Assembly: GCA_964187785.1 (NCBI GenBank)
Contig: OZ076412.1
Span: 47,554,001 to 47,618,000, forward strand
DNA: 64,000 nucleotides
Direction of reading: 5' to 3'
Source of the DNA: Amphiscolops sp. MND2022
Lineage: Eukaryota
Each line of letters begins with the position of its first letter. Within the stretch, counting starts at the first letter, position 1. The position numbers and the translations under genes were made by a program. Under the pieces are notes generated by a model. That model saw only the letters and a list, made by a program, of their open reading frames with translations, had not been told where the DNA came from and searched no databases. This document shows, piece after piece, positions 1 to 13,639 of this stretch.

Positions 1-182
1 AAGAGATCCTAGACTTCCTCAACAACAATTACAAGGCCCCCAGAATGTTGCTAACCTCTGTTGGGGGTAATGCTGATTTGGACAAACTGGCAACTGCTGC
101 CCAGGCAAATCTGACTGATGTGTCTACACAATATCCTGGAAGCGCACAGTACCTGAAACCTTGTCGCTTCACTGCTTTGGAG
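1..182 (+). CDS. Penultimate exon (5'-partial) of an M16 peptidase-family gene: cytochrome bc1 core protein 1 / mitochondrial processing peptidase beta
   Basis: Frame from nt 3 reads EILDFLNNNYKAPRMLLTSVGG...LKPCRFTALE, matching the YKGPRxVLAAAGG...PCxFTGSE region of UQCRC1/PMPCB. Phase-0 donor GTTAGT at 183. Confidence 0.85.
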
Positions 183-2049
183 GTTAGTCTAAATTCGCTG
201 TTTTTAGTTTTTTAAGGAAAAAAGCCCGACTATTACAGTGACTAGTTTTTCTTTCGTCATACAACAAAATGTACGCCCAGTGGACACTTTTTTTTACAGA
301 ACTACTAAACTACTGGACCGGAAACGCATCTAAGCGCAAAGGGTCCCCCCTTTCATTTACTCCATTTTTAACGTCAGATATAAAACCGGACGAGACTATA
401 AGGCCCCTCTTTGAATTTTTTTCGGCACTGTGTGTTTTCTTTTTCGTTTTTTTTTTGTCTCCAAAGGGTCCCCCCTTCAATTTTTAAAACTTTGCGCTTT
501 TTGTGATTCGGACGCACTATAAACTTCATTAATGGACATTGAAGTTAATGGTTATTGTAGCCGAAAGCAGACATTATGCCCCACAGGGGCCTATGTTGTC
601 ATTCAGAAATATAAATTCGCTCTGACTCCATCGAAGCTGGGAAGTTTATGGAGAAATATATTTTAATCTTTCTACAAATGTTAATTTTTCACGAGGATTT
701 TGATTTTGCATTTTATGGTGCTTTCAGCAATTTTAGAAAGCGCATTCTCCTCCCTTGCATGAAACTTTTCTCATTTTCCTAGTATCCAGTTTATAATTTG
801 AGAGCATTGCGCAAGTAAGTGAAAATCACTGCTTCGTTCCTGTCGAACTATGGAATGAGTTCAAAATTCAAGAAAAGTCCCTCTTGGCAGATAAGCATAC
901 TTGTTGTTGCTAAATTGGCATGTTTCAACCAAGAAGGCCCTTCAACTGAAATTTGCCAGATTGTCATGAACCCCGTCCTTTGTTTTACATTTACGGTGTG
1001 CCACATGGACCTTTTTCGATTCTCCTCCAACTATCGTATCGTTATTTCCAAACAATCATTTAACGTTTTGGTTTTTTAGGAGTCGGAAAAAAATTTCGAC
1101 TACTTCCGCACTCGTACCTTTTTTCTCCGCACCTTTCAATGAAAATTCAAGTTTCTCCAAAACTGTTCATACAATTTTTATAAAATCTAGTACAGTCATT
1201 CTACATCCAAAGGTGCTTATGCGTTCGCAATGGCATCAAAATCGTATGACTGGGATCTGAGAAAGATAGCCAAAGTTGGTCCAAAAATAACCAAATGACA
1301 AAGTACGTAATTTGTTTTTCAAAACTAATCTGCTTCCGACTCCTTTGCTGCACATGCGGCTCAGGAACTTGTCTGAAGAGTATGTTCATGAAGTTTGACG
1401 TCAGAATACTACAAAAAGTTTTAAAAAACAAGTTTTTCACCAGTTCTCGGATAATTTACACTAAAAACCATATCTAGGAAAATATATTCTTGGAATTGGT
1501 TGAATTCTGTGGAGGCTCTATTTCTAGTTGTATTAGTCCGTCACTAGCTCTTTTCTAATACTTTTTTAAAAAGAGGTCCCACTGTTTTTTGAAATCATGT
1601 TTTAACAGGATACGAAAAATACCACAGTGCCACTGCATCTCCTGTTCTAGTATCCAGTTAGACCTGCAATTTGTTAGCCTTGTGCAAGTGTAAGGTAATC
1701 GCGGCTTCATCTTCGGGTGAATCTTGACTATGATCAAAAGAATGCCGCAAACTGGAATCTAGATGCAAAAATTGCTGGGACATATGCCTAGAATTTATTC
1801 ACGAATGAGATTATATTTTGTAAAATTTATCCAAGTAAAAGATTTGAATAGATTATAGAATTTGAATTATTTTCCAAGTTTTTGCTCGCGCCTAATTATT
1901 TGAGTCTCATAGGGGCTGCATTTTGTAATGTTCATCCGAAAGCATTTTGGTATTTGGAATTATTGAAATTGAGACAGGGAAACTTGTGTTACCTCTAATT
2001 GAAGAAAATAAGAATTTGACTGTTTTATTCACCAAAAAGCTTTGTTTAG

Positions 2050-2676
2050 GTGCAACACCGAGACGACGCTTTGCCTCTTGCCCATGTTGCGATGGGTTTC
2101 AACGCCTGCTCTTATAACAGTCCCGACAGACCTGCTTTGATGCTCATCACCGAGATGGTCGGCTCCCATGACAAGACTCACGGGGGACTCTCGCAGGGCT
2201 TGCACCCCATTGCCCAGAACGTACAGAGCTCTGAATACGAATTCTACTCCGCAAGGTCATTCTCCCACTTCTACAGCGACTGTGGAATGTCTGGCTTTTA
2301 CTTTGTGGCCGGGCCTCCTACTTTGGACGACGCCGGTTATTTCATGGCTAGGTTTTACATGAACTTGTGTCATAATGTCTCAGATACCGCCCTATTACGT
2401 GCTAAGCGATCTCTTAGGAGAAAGTTGATTGAAGAAATGTACGACATGGAAGCATTGCAGAACAAATTAGCGCAGGATATCTTTTTCGGAGCCGGAAAGC
2501 CGCAGCCTTTGGAAGAAATGTTGGCGCAAATCGAATCGCTGACAGCCAAGGATATCCAGAATGTGGCCACCGACTATTTTCACGATCAGGATTTTGCACG
2601 AGCTGCTTACGGGCCAACCGAAGCGGTGACAGATTACAACAGAATGAAGTCCGCTTTCCATTGGCTCCGATGGTGA
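2050..2676 (+). CDS. Final exon of the UQCRC1/PMPCB-like gene (M16 C-terminal domain)
   Basis: Acceptor tttgtttag at 2041-2049 joins exon 1-182 in frame (intron 183-2049). Reads VQHRDDALPLAHVAMGF...YSDCGMSGFY...YGPTEAVTDYNRMKSAFHWLRW*. The C-terminus resembles UQCRC1 (YGPIEQLPDYNRIRSGMFWLRF). The HxxEH region that separates the paralogs is outside the window. Confidence 0.88.
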   Translation: MQHRDDALPLAHVAMGFNACSYNSPDRPALMLITEMVGSHDKTHGGLSQGLHPIAQNVQSSEYEFYSARSFSHFYSDCGMSGFYFVAGPPTLDDAGYFMARFYMNLCHNVSDTALLRAKRSLRRKLIEEMYDMEALQNKLAQDIFFGAGKPQPLEEMLAQIESLTAKDIQNVATDYFHDQDFARAAYGPTEAVTDYNRMKSAFHWLRW

Positions 2677-3909
2677 TGACGTAGCGATAGGTGATAATGA
2701 TTAATAATGCAGGAGCTGAGCTCTTTTACTTAGAACTGACTTGATCAGACTTTCGCTCCTTGTGAAATGTTATAAAAATTAATTCAACTTTTCAAGTTTA
2801 TGCTGTTTTTCCTGAACAAGTGAAATCTGTATTAGCCATGATTGACATATTCATAGAAGCGTTTCCAAATTGTGTTGGAAGGAAACTCGACGAGTCTTTT
2901 CGGATCCAGAAATCGAAGATCGCTAATGCTACTCTGAAAACTACATCAAGTTTTCACAAATCGTGGATTGTGTACGACTTGGCCGTGCAATACGACTTGG
3001 CCTTCATATGGTTATGATTTGTCACAAATAACTTCTAAACGCTCACACATCAATGCTGTGACATAGTTCTGTTGAAAAATGTATACTTTGCGCACAATCT
3101 GTATTTTAATTAATAAGTAGTATATTTGGTTACTCGGTGCGTTTCATTAATCGATGCGTCAAGAACACTTTTCCATTTTTGGTAACTGTCTGGCTCGAAG
3201 TTGCTGGCTCTGCGTTACCAAACGTTCCACTCTTTGGCACAAATTGATCCAGCATCACTTTCGTTCAACAAAAGTCATAGCTTTCTACAATCTATTATTT
3301 AATCTCTGCTGCAAATGTCAAGTTTGTTCAGCTTATGGATTTTACTCGATCCAGTGTTTTTTATCCTACGACACTGAAAGCACGAGTTTTAATCACAGTT
3401 GGAACCATTAACATTCCCGTCATTTATCTATTCAAAAAAAGTTGTTTTGTTTAATCGTTCTTCAAATATGGGAAACGAGAAAAGTCGCCACGAGAATGAA
3501 TGCAAGTGAGTGCAAGAATCATATTGGTTTAAGTGAACAACTATATTTAGAATCAATCGAAGCTGTCAATTAGTTTTAAACGAAATAGATGCCGATTTTA
3601 GGTGTCCGGGATTTAAGGAACGTTGAAAAAGATGTAGATCAAATATTCTAATCGAACAACGGTATTTCAAATGTGAAAACTGCCATTTCCCAACAGCTTG
3701 GATTACATGCATGTCCTTATTGATAGCTAAGTGTTAATTAATTGTTCATCAACAGAATTGGAATTGAAGGCAATCAAAAATAATGAAACGTAAATATCGC
3801 ACCCGAAAACTTAACCTTATCCCGTAATTTTTACCACAGCAAAACAACACTGGGTCAAACTAACACATTTATCTAATCGAAACGTGCGCATTGAGCCGAT
3901 AAACAAAGA

Positions 3910-4437
3910 AACCGACAAGCAAATATTGAACCACAAAGCCTACACTACTCGCTATGACGCTGAAAATTTACTAAACGACAATCAAAATTTAAGAACCAAT
4001 CAGGTGAAATTGAATTTTCTAAATAGACAATCAAAATTTCAAAATCGACATTGAATTTTAATGATCCCTCCGCAGACACTGCTCGCATGCAGCGTGTAAT
4101 TGAAAGTTGTAGCGTGTAATTGAAAGTTGTAGCGTGTAATTGAAAGTAAGATTGAAAGTTGTAGCGCCGCTATGCGATGCAGCATTTTCATTCTTTCTAT
4201 AATCTTGAATGGCTATTTGTGAAAAGTTGATTGTCTATTTTATTTAATTAACCAATCAAAAACAAGCTGTTACCTAGCGGTGGAAATTTTGAATGACGTT
4301 TATTAAATTTTCAGCGTCATACACTGTAGTTATCTGATAGGTTGAAAAGTGTTCATTCCACTGGTTTCAATGATCGACCATGCCTGAAAATAATCACTCT
4401 GTCTGCCTAATGGCTTGTCAGTTTAATTGCTTGTCGG
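3910..4437. repeat. Imperfect foldback (long inverted repeat) with a central 20-bp tandem array
   Basis: Arm pairs: CCGACAAGCAA 3912-3922 / 4427-4437; 3944-3979 / 4295-4330; 4020-4040 / 4221-4240. The centre has AGCGTGTAATTGAAAGTTGT about 3 times (4091-4147). Confidence 0.7.
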
Positions 4438-4967
4438 CGTAACGCATCACTTCCATCTAATCTGATAGTGGTGGGGAATTAAAATTTCCGCGCTTACTGT
4501 GGGAGGGGGAAATTAACAGAAAAGATCCCTTTTGGAAACACTAGATTGAATGAAGCTTCTGTTAAAACACTACACGCATTTTTTTTAAAGGAACAGTCGC
4601 TAGAGATCGAGACTCAACTGTTCTTAAATTTTTGACAATCTGAGGCTCAAATGTTCTTAAAATGTTCTTGTTTTGAGTTCATTGCCTGTGTACACGGCGA
4701 GTGAGAATACATTTACATATTTTGTACATACATGTAATTGCGTGGCCGCATTCACACAGCGTGGTTGCAGTAGTTAGGCTAGCTTAAATTGCGTAGCCGC
4801 ATTCACAGCGTGGTCGCGGTAGCTAGGCAAGCTCATCGCAGCCAATTAAATGCTTAGACGTTCACATTGACAGTTCTCATTCACACCTAGTAATGTAAAG
4901 ATAGGGCACTCACCGCCAATTTATTAACACATCAACACCACAGGTACATGTACTCTTACAGACCAAA

Positions 4968-5291
4968 ATGGCACAAAAGAGTATTCTTTCTTTTGCTGGA
5001 TTTAAACGGGAAATTAAATTTCGTGGAGAATTTTTTGAATGCGCACCAGAAAATAATTGTCAATCGAAAGAGAAAAAAGTCTTATGCCGGATCTGCTCAA
5101 AGCCATTCCTGACGGCCCAAGGCCGCGCCCAACACGAAGTTTGGAGTCACAAAGTTATAGAAATAGTAAATCCAAGTGAAAACTCTGTTGATCTTGAAAA
5201 CGCTGTTAAACATGAAAACGGTTCTAGACCATCGGCAATTACAGTGATCGACAAAAAAACTGCGTGTATGTTGGCTAAAATTTTTACTTAA
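4968..5291 (+). pseudogene. Short C2H2 zinc-finger ORF, probably a transposase N-terminal fragment
   Basis: Motif CRICSKPFLTAQGRAQHEVWSH (C-x2-C-x12-H-x4-H). No catalytic domain follows. Confidence 0.4.
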
Positions 5292-7485
5292 TGTACTGTG
5301 ATAACGCAGCCCAGTAGCTGTCACATTTTCGAAATATACCAACTGTTCATAACAGTCATTAAAAAATTATTGACTCCAACATCGATTTTCAACCATTTTT
5401 GCCAGTCAAAAACAAAACTGGACCAAATTAATACAAAAACGTGAGCGCTTCGTTAAGCCTCAAATTCAACGAAGAAAGAACATAATCAGCAAAGGCTCTA
5501 CTCAATGCAATACTCTCGATTACCATTTTTTCACGGATCTGCTTTTGTGCAAAAAACAGGTACTATCACAAGCGAAAACTTTGAAAAGGCAATTTTTATG
5601 ACCCATGCAGTTTACAAAAAGTCTCAGAAGCTAAGAAGCAAATTGTGATCAAAAATTGAATCGTTTTTTTTTCTCAGAATCGGAGCGAAATTTAACGTTA
5701 TCACGCTGTATCATAGTAATTTTATTAAAATGAGCGCGACTGCTACAGTGGCAAGTTTTTGATCTTTTTTCCGTCAGATAACAATGGATACCCAGTGGAC
5801 ACTTTTTACAGAATTACTAAACTACTGGACCGGCCAGCGCAAACGCATCTAATTTAATGCACAGGATATTCCTTTCATTAATTCCATCTTAACGTAACAT
5901 ACCTTGCAATTTTTTTCGGCACTGTGGGATTTTTACCTAACATTTTTAATGTCTCCAAAGTGTCCCCCTTGCATTTTTTGATATTTTGCAACCAATTGGA
6001 TGTTGAAAACACCCAAAGGGTCTCTCCTTTTTCACTTTCTGGCATTGTGAGACTTTTCAAAAATTTTTTTTGACTTAAAATGAGGTTTTCTCAGTGGCCG
6101 AGCACGCTATCTCCGAACTTGTGACGCTATATCCGAATAGAGTTGTGTGTCATAAAGAGGGTGGCCGAGGAGAGGTTCAAAAATACTGCGCTATATTCGA
6201 ATTGGTTTTTTGGATTTTTTGGCACTATGCGAATCTTTACTAATTCGTTTTCATCGGAGCCCCACTCGAGTTTTACTAGAAGCAAAACGCATTGCGAGCA
6301 TAGATGACTCGGTAGCGTTTTCGGCACTATGCGACTTACCGGAGACATTTTAGGAAAAAATTTTGAAAAAAAAACATTTTGAATTTTTTTCTCAATATTT
6401 CGTTTTTTTTAGACGTTTTCGGTTGAGGATAACCGTTTTCCCAGTTTCGAGGGTAACTTTTGATTTGTTTTTATTCTTGCGGGACTGAAAAGAGTTCTCT
6501 GAATAATTGTGCAAAAGACGTACGGTTTTTTCGGCACTGTGCAACTTTTTTCCGAAACAGTTCTTTTTCGGTAAAACGGTACTCCTTCACTTCGTACAAA
6601 GTACTTGTCTTAAAAAATGCGTTTTTTGCGAATTTAATATGTCTCCTTTTGGGTTAATCAACACTATGAGACTTTGTCGGAAAGGAAAAATCAGAATTTT
6701 TCTCCAAAAATAATGGATTTTGTCTCCAGTTGGGGAAAAGTGGTTTTCGAGTTTTGTACCCGGGTATTTTTGGCACTGTAAGATTGATTAAGTTTTACCA
6801 ATAGTCTTCAGCATTATTTTACAAAAATTTTGCGCGTTTTGAGCCTCAAGTATAGTGCCGACTTTAGACCTTCCCGTCTTGTTTTAAGTTGATTAATTAG
6901 TAGAAAAGTTGTCCGACTCCCTAACCCTTAGTTATTCGTATTTGCGACGCATGGCTTCCCCTCTCTGTCACAAAATTTTTTCTTGCAAAGTTGACCGTAG
7001 AGATTCTACCGGAATTAGGTCTTGGAGTAAAAGTCGAGAATTCGCATTGTGTGATCCATTTGCAGTATGAACATTTCAGAGCGTATTCAGAAGTCTTCAA
7101 GTCAAAAGTTAGAGATCTCAATCGTAGGTACAAAGTTTGCCTCACATTTTTGTTACGAACAGCGGTTTTCAGATATATGTTAAATTTCGCAATGCCAAAA
7201 GTCAAAAGCTAAGTGTTATAACCTATGTATTTTTTGTTTGATTTTGAACCAAAAAGTACACCTGTGGTTTTGATCGAAATTTGCGAAATTTCTTACCTTA
7301 GGACTCCTGTGTCAACTGATTATGTAAAAGTTTCTTGGGTTTGGAACTTTTGTCAGCGTTTTATAAGATATTTTGATGGACTTACAAAATAGGAAATTTC
7401 ACTGTTGAAACTTCGATTTTTCACACTAAATTCACACATTTGTTTAACTGCTTGTTTCACCTGTTGATCGTACACTTTTCTATTC

Positions 7486-8647
7486 GGTGTGCGTTCATTT
7501 CACCCCAAAATCATTACACCCCACATCATTTCACCCCACGTTCATTTCACCCCACGTTCATTTCACCCCACATTCATTTCACCCCAGCATCATTTCACCC
7601 CACAATTTAATTAGTCAAATGCGTCTCAGACTAATTACACTTTTGACAACACTATTTCGAACTCTACCGTCTTGTTGTTTAACCACTTGGCTTTGATTGA
7701 CAGGTGGCTATTATTTTCGGACGAAAGTTGCACTATTTAAAGTAAACACCAGTCAACAACAAAAAACAAATTCACGAGCAAATTCACCCTGTAGCAAATT
7801 CACGAGATCTTTGTCTCCAAAAACCAGAATGCGCTCAAGATCCTCTGACCCCGTGTCAGCTATCAAGAAGTCACGGAAACCTTCAGGAAGTGTGAACTGG
7901 CGGTTTATGGGTTTTTTTTCTTCAACGAGATTGATCTCTCGTCTTTTCCATCTGAATTAACGATCCTTTGCTTGGTAAAGATAGTTGAGTGGCGTAATCG
8001 TTGGTCATTGGGAGGATTGAACTGCTGACAGCCACTGACGGCGTAAGTTGCTCACTTCGTGTTTCAATCTCAGCAATGACTTTCCGTGCTTCTGGTTTGA
8101 CGAACATCGGTTCATGGACATGCTCCCCCCTCACTTCCAAAACGTGTTCAGCAATAGATGTTGCTGTAGCTCTGCATTTTAATTTTTGGTATTGACTACA
8201 ATTCCAAGTTGTTGTTGATTTTCCTTCGCGTTTTTTGAAAAACTCGTGATCATCAACAATGAGGATAGGTTTTCCCTTCGAAGAGGTAGTAAACATTTTG
8301 ATTGCAAGATTCGATTTTTCAAAAGTTCAACTGCAAGGTTTCGAAATTTGTTGCATAAATGACCCAAGTTTGGAAATCAGTAGCTCTAACGCCTACTGCA
8401 AAAGTTCACCGGATTATCGGATTAACCAGTTATTATGAATACTTTCACACTATTATTACGTTTAAACGCGGAATAGCAATAATCCGGATGTTGCAATTAG
8501 TCTGAGACGCTTTTGACTGAATTACATATGGGGTGAAATGAACGTGGGGTGAAATGAATTTGGGGTTGAAATGAACGTGGGGTGAAATGAACGTGGTGTG
8601 AAATGAACGTGGGGTGAAATGAACGTGGGGTGAAATGATACTAAACC
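7486..8647 (-). mobile_element. Internally deleted Mutator-like (MULE) DNA transposon
   Basis: 8-bp TSD TTCTATTC at 7478-7485 and 8648-8655. Inverted termini are built of tandem TTCATTTCACCCCACG units (7486-7610 and 8530-8647). An inner inverted match lies at about 7611-7636 / 8495-8520. Confidence 0.85.
7922..8296 (-). pseudogene. FLYWCH zinc-finger N-terminus of a MULE transposase (truncated)
   Basis: SSKGKPILIVDDHEF...TTWNCSQYQKLKCRATA...GEHVH fits the FLYWCH pattern (F/Y...W-x-C...C...H-x-H). The DDE domain is absent. Confidence 0.8.
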
Positions 8648-11160
8648 TTCTATTCACCTTACCACTGCCATCATGAACATTAGGTGGCTTTAACATTTTT
8701 GTGATCAAGTAGATATACCATCTTGTACAAAAATGTATAAGATAGTGTTCTCAACAAACTTCCAACCAAAGATTTGATGCTAGTCGCTAATAGCGCCGTT
8801 TTAGCGTTAGCGAGGGATTACATTATTTAGCGTAGTACATATTATTTAGCAACTGCTTGGCGATGGGGTTTTTCTTTTGGTCAATTTTCTAAAACAGCGC
8901 TATATTTTGCATCAAACATTTCATATATTTCATAAATTGTCGCTACATATGCTAATTCCTCCCAGAAAGTGTTATTCACAATTTTTGGTCCCCGGTAAGT
9001 CGCATAGTGCCGAAAAATGTAAAAGGGGACCTCAAAAAACCTATTTAACCTCTATCTCAAGAGCCAGTAGAAGTAGTGTGGCATTTAGTGTTAGTTCAAG
9101 TCAGCTTATAAAGCTTATAAAATCTGTCACTTCGTTTATCTTAAAAAAAGAAGTCACTACTAAGTCTGCGTTTTTCTACGAAAAGCGCCGACTAAAATAT
9201 AGCGAGTCAAATATCTGCTTCCAACGTCAGCAAGGGTCAGCAAACCTTTGAATAGTATGGAAAAATCAACTAGGAAGAGCAATGTCACCTACTTGATATG
9301 TGGTGCTTGCAAATTTGACGGTACTTGATAGACTGAAAAGTCGATTGCCCGCTCCACTATTTTTTTGCCTGCTGTCAACTTTTCCTCTTTTTAGGACCTT
9401 GTTGTTATACGAGAGTAGAGAAACTGATCTCTTTGGACAGTCAAGTGACATTTTCACCAATTCTACGCACTTGATTGGAACGCTCATTTTTTGAACAACA
9501 ACCCCATAATAACTTACGTAAAAATAGATAAATTCATTTCATTGTTTTAAAATCACGGTTCCGTACTGAAACTGGGTTACAGAACAATTCCTTCTATATT
9601 GTTAACCCAACAGGCCACACCTCCGACCGCAACTTTTACTGATTCCACTTTAAACCTAAACATCTTCAGTTTCTATTTATTTTTCATCTTGAGACATCTC
9701 TACAGAGAACTTTGAGAAAATTTCAGTGGAATAATGGCGTTTTTCGTTTGAGCATTATCCAACTCGAACAAACGCTACAATGCTGTAGGATACGTCTTAA
9801 AAAGGAGATTTTTGGATGGAAACATTCCAAAAACTGCTGAAAATTGTAATTCTTGGAATTTTTTATTGTAAAAATTAGTATTTCATCAGATTTTTCAGAA
9901 TAACCTATCGAACAAGCGAGGGGCAAAATGTGGAAATGGTATGAACTATTTGATAGCTTCAAAATTTGAAAAATTTTCCAACGTCAACTAAGTAAATAAT
10001 TTCTTGTGGAGAAAAGCTAGTGATTTCGATATTGGGAGTCCTTCGGTGCTTTACACGAAAACATGATGCCCCCAAAATTTCTGCAATGAAGACCTGTGGT
10101 CTTTCAAGCTGCGCCCGCTCAAGTCTCGAAATCTAAAACAAAAAGATTTTCCTCGAACGAGACTTTCATAGTATCTGAAATGAGTTTGGAAAGGAGAATC
10201 AGGTTTCGGACAACCTATGACGCCATTGGCAAACTGATCAGTGTTTTGTCTGATTTTTATCGAAAACGTTTTTCGTGCTAGTGTTCTAGGGCGTCGTCGC
10301 TGTTGTAGGGAGTCTTGGACCATGAGAAATTACAAAAATGAAAAATAAACTGAAGCACGTCTGACAAAATCTGACGGAAACATCTCACCAAGGTGCCTTT
10401 AGCATCTTGGTATCTCCAACAGAGACTAGCAAATAAGAAGAAGAAGTGGAAGGGAGACTGCGAATAAATTGACATGGTTGCAATTTTTTTGAAAATCTCC
10501 ATCAGACAGTTTTGTCAGCTTGAAATTCTGAACACTCTCAACAGGAGTACCAAAGCTGAGGCATACATCCTGTAGAACGAGAGTATAAACATCTTAGAAT
10601 TGAAAACGATCATGGTTTTTTGGCACAACTCCCACTCGATCGTTTTCTTCACAACTGAATTCAGAACAATTTCTACCATACGCAAAATGAAACTGTTGAA
10701 AATGTTCATCACAGTCTCTTGCTGAGCAGAAATTTACTTCAGACTTAATTTATAATGCATTGGAATGTAAATTATACTTTTATCATCTATCTCTGAGGTG
10801 TTGTGTTACGGAGAAATGGTTTGCAAAATTTTGTTTTCGAAAAGTTTTCAAATTAGTTCAGAAATTTGAAATGAAACTGATAACTATTACTTATCAGTTA
10901 CATCCAATGAAAATATACCTAAATCAAATAAAAATACATGAAAATTCAGTTTTACAATTCTTGGATCTGTTTATACTCACTTGAGTCTTAATAATTATCG
11001 AGTCCTGATATCAATCATACTAATTGTTAATTGCGCAATTATTGAGTATTTTTAGTTACGGTTTTAATAGAAAATGTTTCGGACCATGTTTCTTATCCCT
11101 CTCACCCCAGATAATTATGGTGTAAATCTTCAAAGTTCTTTCGTGTTCCACTTTTTCACT

Positions 11161-11181
11161 GGGGTGAAATGAACGCACACC
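11161..11181. mobile_element. Orphan terminus of the same MULE family
   Basis: GGGGTGAAATGAACGCACACC is the exact reverse complement of 7486-7506. No matching TSD. Confidence 0.6.
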
Positions 11182-11204
11182 AGTAAAATAGTCTAGAACT
11201 GACC

Positions 11205-11565
11205 CGGGTTGACCCTCTTACTACCGGGGCTTTTCTGACGCCCCGGTTATTGTTGGCGACGGTTTTGCAATTGATAGAACAGTTTAATGGCCTCCCTAAA
11301 TAAACAGTATCAAGACTCTTCAATCAAATTTTATACCTTGCTAACAGAAAATTGTCTAACAATGTACACCTGCATAAATGTTGATTTTTGTTGACTTGCT
11401 TTCAGATTTTTTCTAGCCAAATAGGATTTTACAATAAAATTGTTCTTGGGAACATGGCTCTCTTGATAAGATGGATACCATGGCAAGATCTTGACAAGAT
11501 GTTAGCCAAGATTGTTCCAAGATCTTGCCAAGATCTTACTAAGATATCCATGGAGGGTCAACCCG
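11205..11565. mobile_element. MITE-like element with 13-bp TIRs and internal CAAGATCTTG tandem repeats
   Basis: CGGGTTGACCCTC 11205-11217 is inverted at 11553-11565. Degenerate 11-bp units at 11484-11545. No TSD seen. Confidence 0.5.
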
Positions 11566-13639
11566 TGGAAAATATACCATTGCTAAATAAGCGTCTTCTG
11601 TCTCCCATCTTTATAGCTTGATTTGGTTACTGCTTTCAGATATGAAGGAGTCCCATCATACAGTGAAATTTCGCAAAGTGGAACATCACCCAAAAAAACC
11701 AAAGGTGACAAAATTCTTCTCTTGAATCCTCTTCTGAATTTAGCGGTGTTAAATTTAAACCTCACGGTGTTGAAATGCATTTAATGCTGGTGAAAAAATA
11801 CAAAATGAGCATGATTCATGTTATAAAATATACGAATAAACCATCTTTAGTCGAAAGCCCCATTGCAGACCCTAATTTACAAAAGAACCTGATTTGAAGA
11901 CTCATTCGATTTATTCTCTAAACGATTGAGGCTTCGAGGTTTTCCCATGATGAATTTTGTAGTAACTCAAATAAAAAATCACACAGTGGCGAAAATAAAC
12001 CCACAAAAACTGTAGTCCCAATAATTGTCAAAAAATGACAAGGAGGATCTTTAATCATTTGACTCACTTTAGCGCTGTCTAGATCTTGGACGTTTTGCAG
12101 AAGGTTTGTGGAATTTATATCGTCACTTCGACCGGGCGAAAAGCCACTGTAACAGTCGCGCTGTAATTCATAAAACGCCGAGTAAAAAAAAACGAAATCT
12201 TGATCGGAATCATGAAAATCTCATTATTTTCAGTACTGAAAACTACCGAGTAGGTGAAAAACTTAGACTGAAAAGAAAATGAAGCCGCTGCAACCTGGAA
12301 TAAAGCAGCCTTTCATCAATGAATTCATTTTATTCCTTCTTTTGTAAAGACTCCTAGAGACCCCAAGACCCAGGAAAGATGCAAAACATCCTTGAAACCG
12401 AAACTCTGAATTAATTTTGTCATGAAATCGATCTGAAATATTGCTCTAGAAAAATTTTACAGTAGCAGAAACTTAACTTAATATTATAGAAAAGAAAAAA
12501 GCAATTATGACGTCAGAAACTTCACAAACCGGTCACAAGGCTGGGCATACAGCTGTGGGCGATGAATCACCAGAAAAGGACCCTTCCCAGAGACGTCTAC
12601 CCAGAAGGATAGTATCGATAGCAAGGGCCCGACCCTCGTTTATCCGCCGGAAAAACACGAGCCCTCTGAAGCATGTAGCCGATGAACACAGTGGAAAAGC
12701 CTTCCACTCTAGCAAGTACCTCGAAGACACGGAGGAGTTCAAAATTATGCACCAAGAGATGGAAGACAGACTGAGAACCAAGAAAAAAACTCATGCACAA
12801 CCATTTTGATCACATTGCATAAAACAATGAAAGGATGCACACAAGAAACAATTTATTTCAAAATTTAAGCAGATTCCTAATTTTATTTCAATTAATTCCA
12901 ATTCCCATAAATAAATGCTTTTTATTATATCATTTTGAAAACATTGGGAATCTAGAGAACAACTCAAACTGTGAAAAGGATAGTCAAAATTTGTATAGAA
13001 CTTGTTGCTCTTTCAACAGATTATTATTGTTTAGGTATACATACTCATAACGTATAAGTACAAATATACTAAAAGTGAAAATTTTCAAAAGGGTTTTCCT
13101 AAGAGCTTTACTGAATAACTAGTTTAGATTGTATTTCCTCAAACCTTAACAATTTCAGTGAGCAAAAGGAAACTTATTCGAAAAACTACCTGCAACTTGT
13201 GCATTCAAGAAGGTCTTAGTATGCAGATTCCGTTTTACAGTTGAATAACTGCGTTTTCTGAGCCTCGAGTGTAGCGCGGACTTGAAACTTCCCTTCTTGG
13301 CATCAATTTTTTTAAATTTAAATATGCTGGACTTTTCTGTATAAAAAACACACAAAACACTTGAAGGGGAACGCTTCAAAAATTCAGATATATTGTGCTG
13401 CGACAAATGAGAGCGCATAATTTTGGAAATTCTGCGTCTTCCTTAACGAAACGAAGCTTACTACGGATATACCTTCAAAATTTCTGATGCAGCGCAATAT
13501 TGTTGAACTTCGACCTCCTTCCTCTCTTCTGAAGCGCAACTTACTTCGTATACAACATCAAAAATTCGGATAGTATAAAAAACAATAGAAATATATTGAG
13601 AAAACTTAAACTTCAGAAGGAAAATGATAATTTTGAAAC

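Noticed and set aside
269-1737. Several 60-86 aa ORFs inside the host intron
   Set aside because: They lie in repeat-derived AT-rich intron sequence, are F/L/K-biased and show no motifs.
7500-8640. Regular short repeats resembling a CRISPR array
   Set aside because: Tandem units without unique spacers in a eukaryotic transposon terminus; no cas genes.
9266-10984. Cluster of short ORFs that might be exons of a decayed gene
   Set aside because: No recognisable motif, stops in all frames and no consistent splice phases found.
7486-11181. A single 3.7-kb MULE bounded by the perfect 21-bp inverted match 7486 / 11181
   Set aside because: No TSD for this pairing, whereas 7486-8647 has a perfect 8-bp TSD.
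12507-12809. 100-aa ORF in a locally GC-richer patch
   Set aside because: No domain, no splice or promoter support; it could be a real orphan but cannot be supported from sequence alone.
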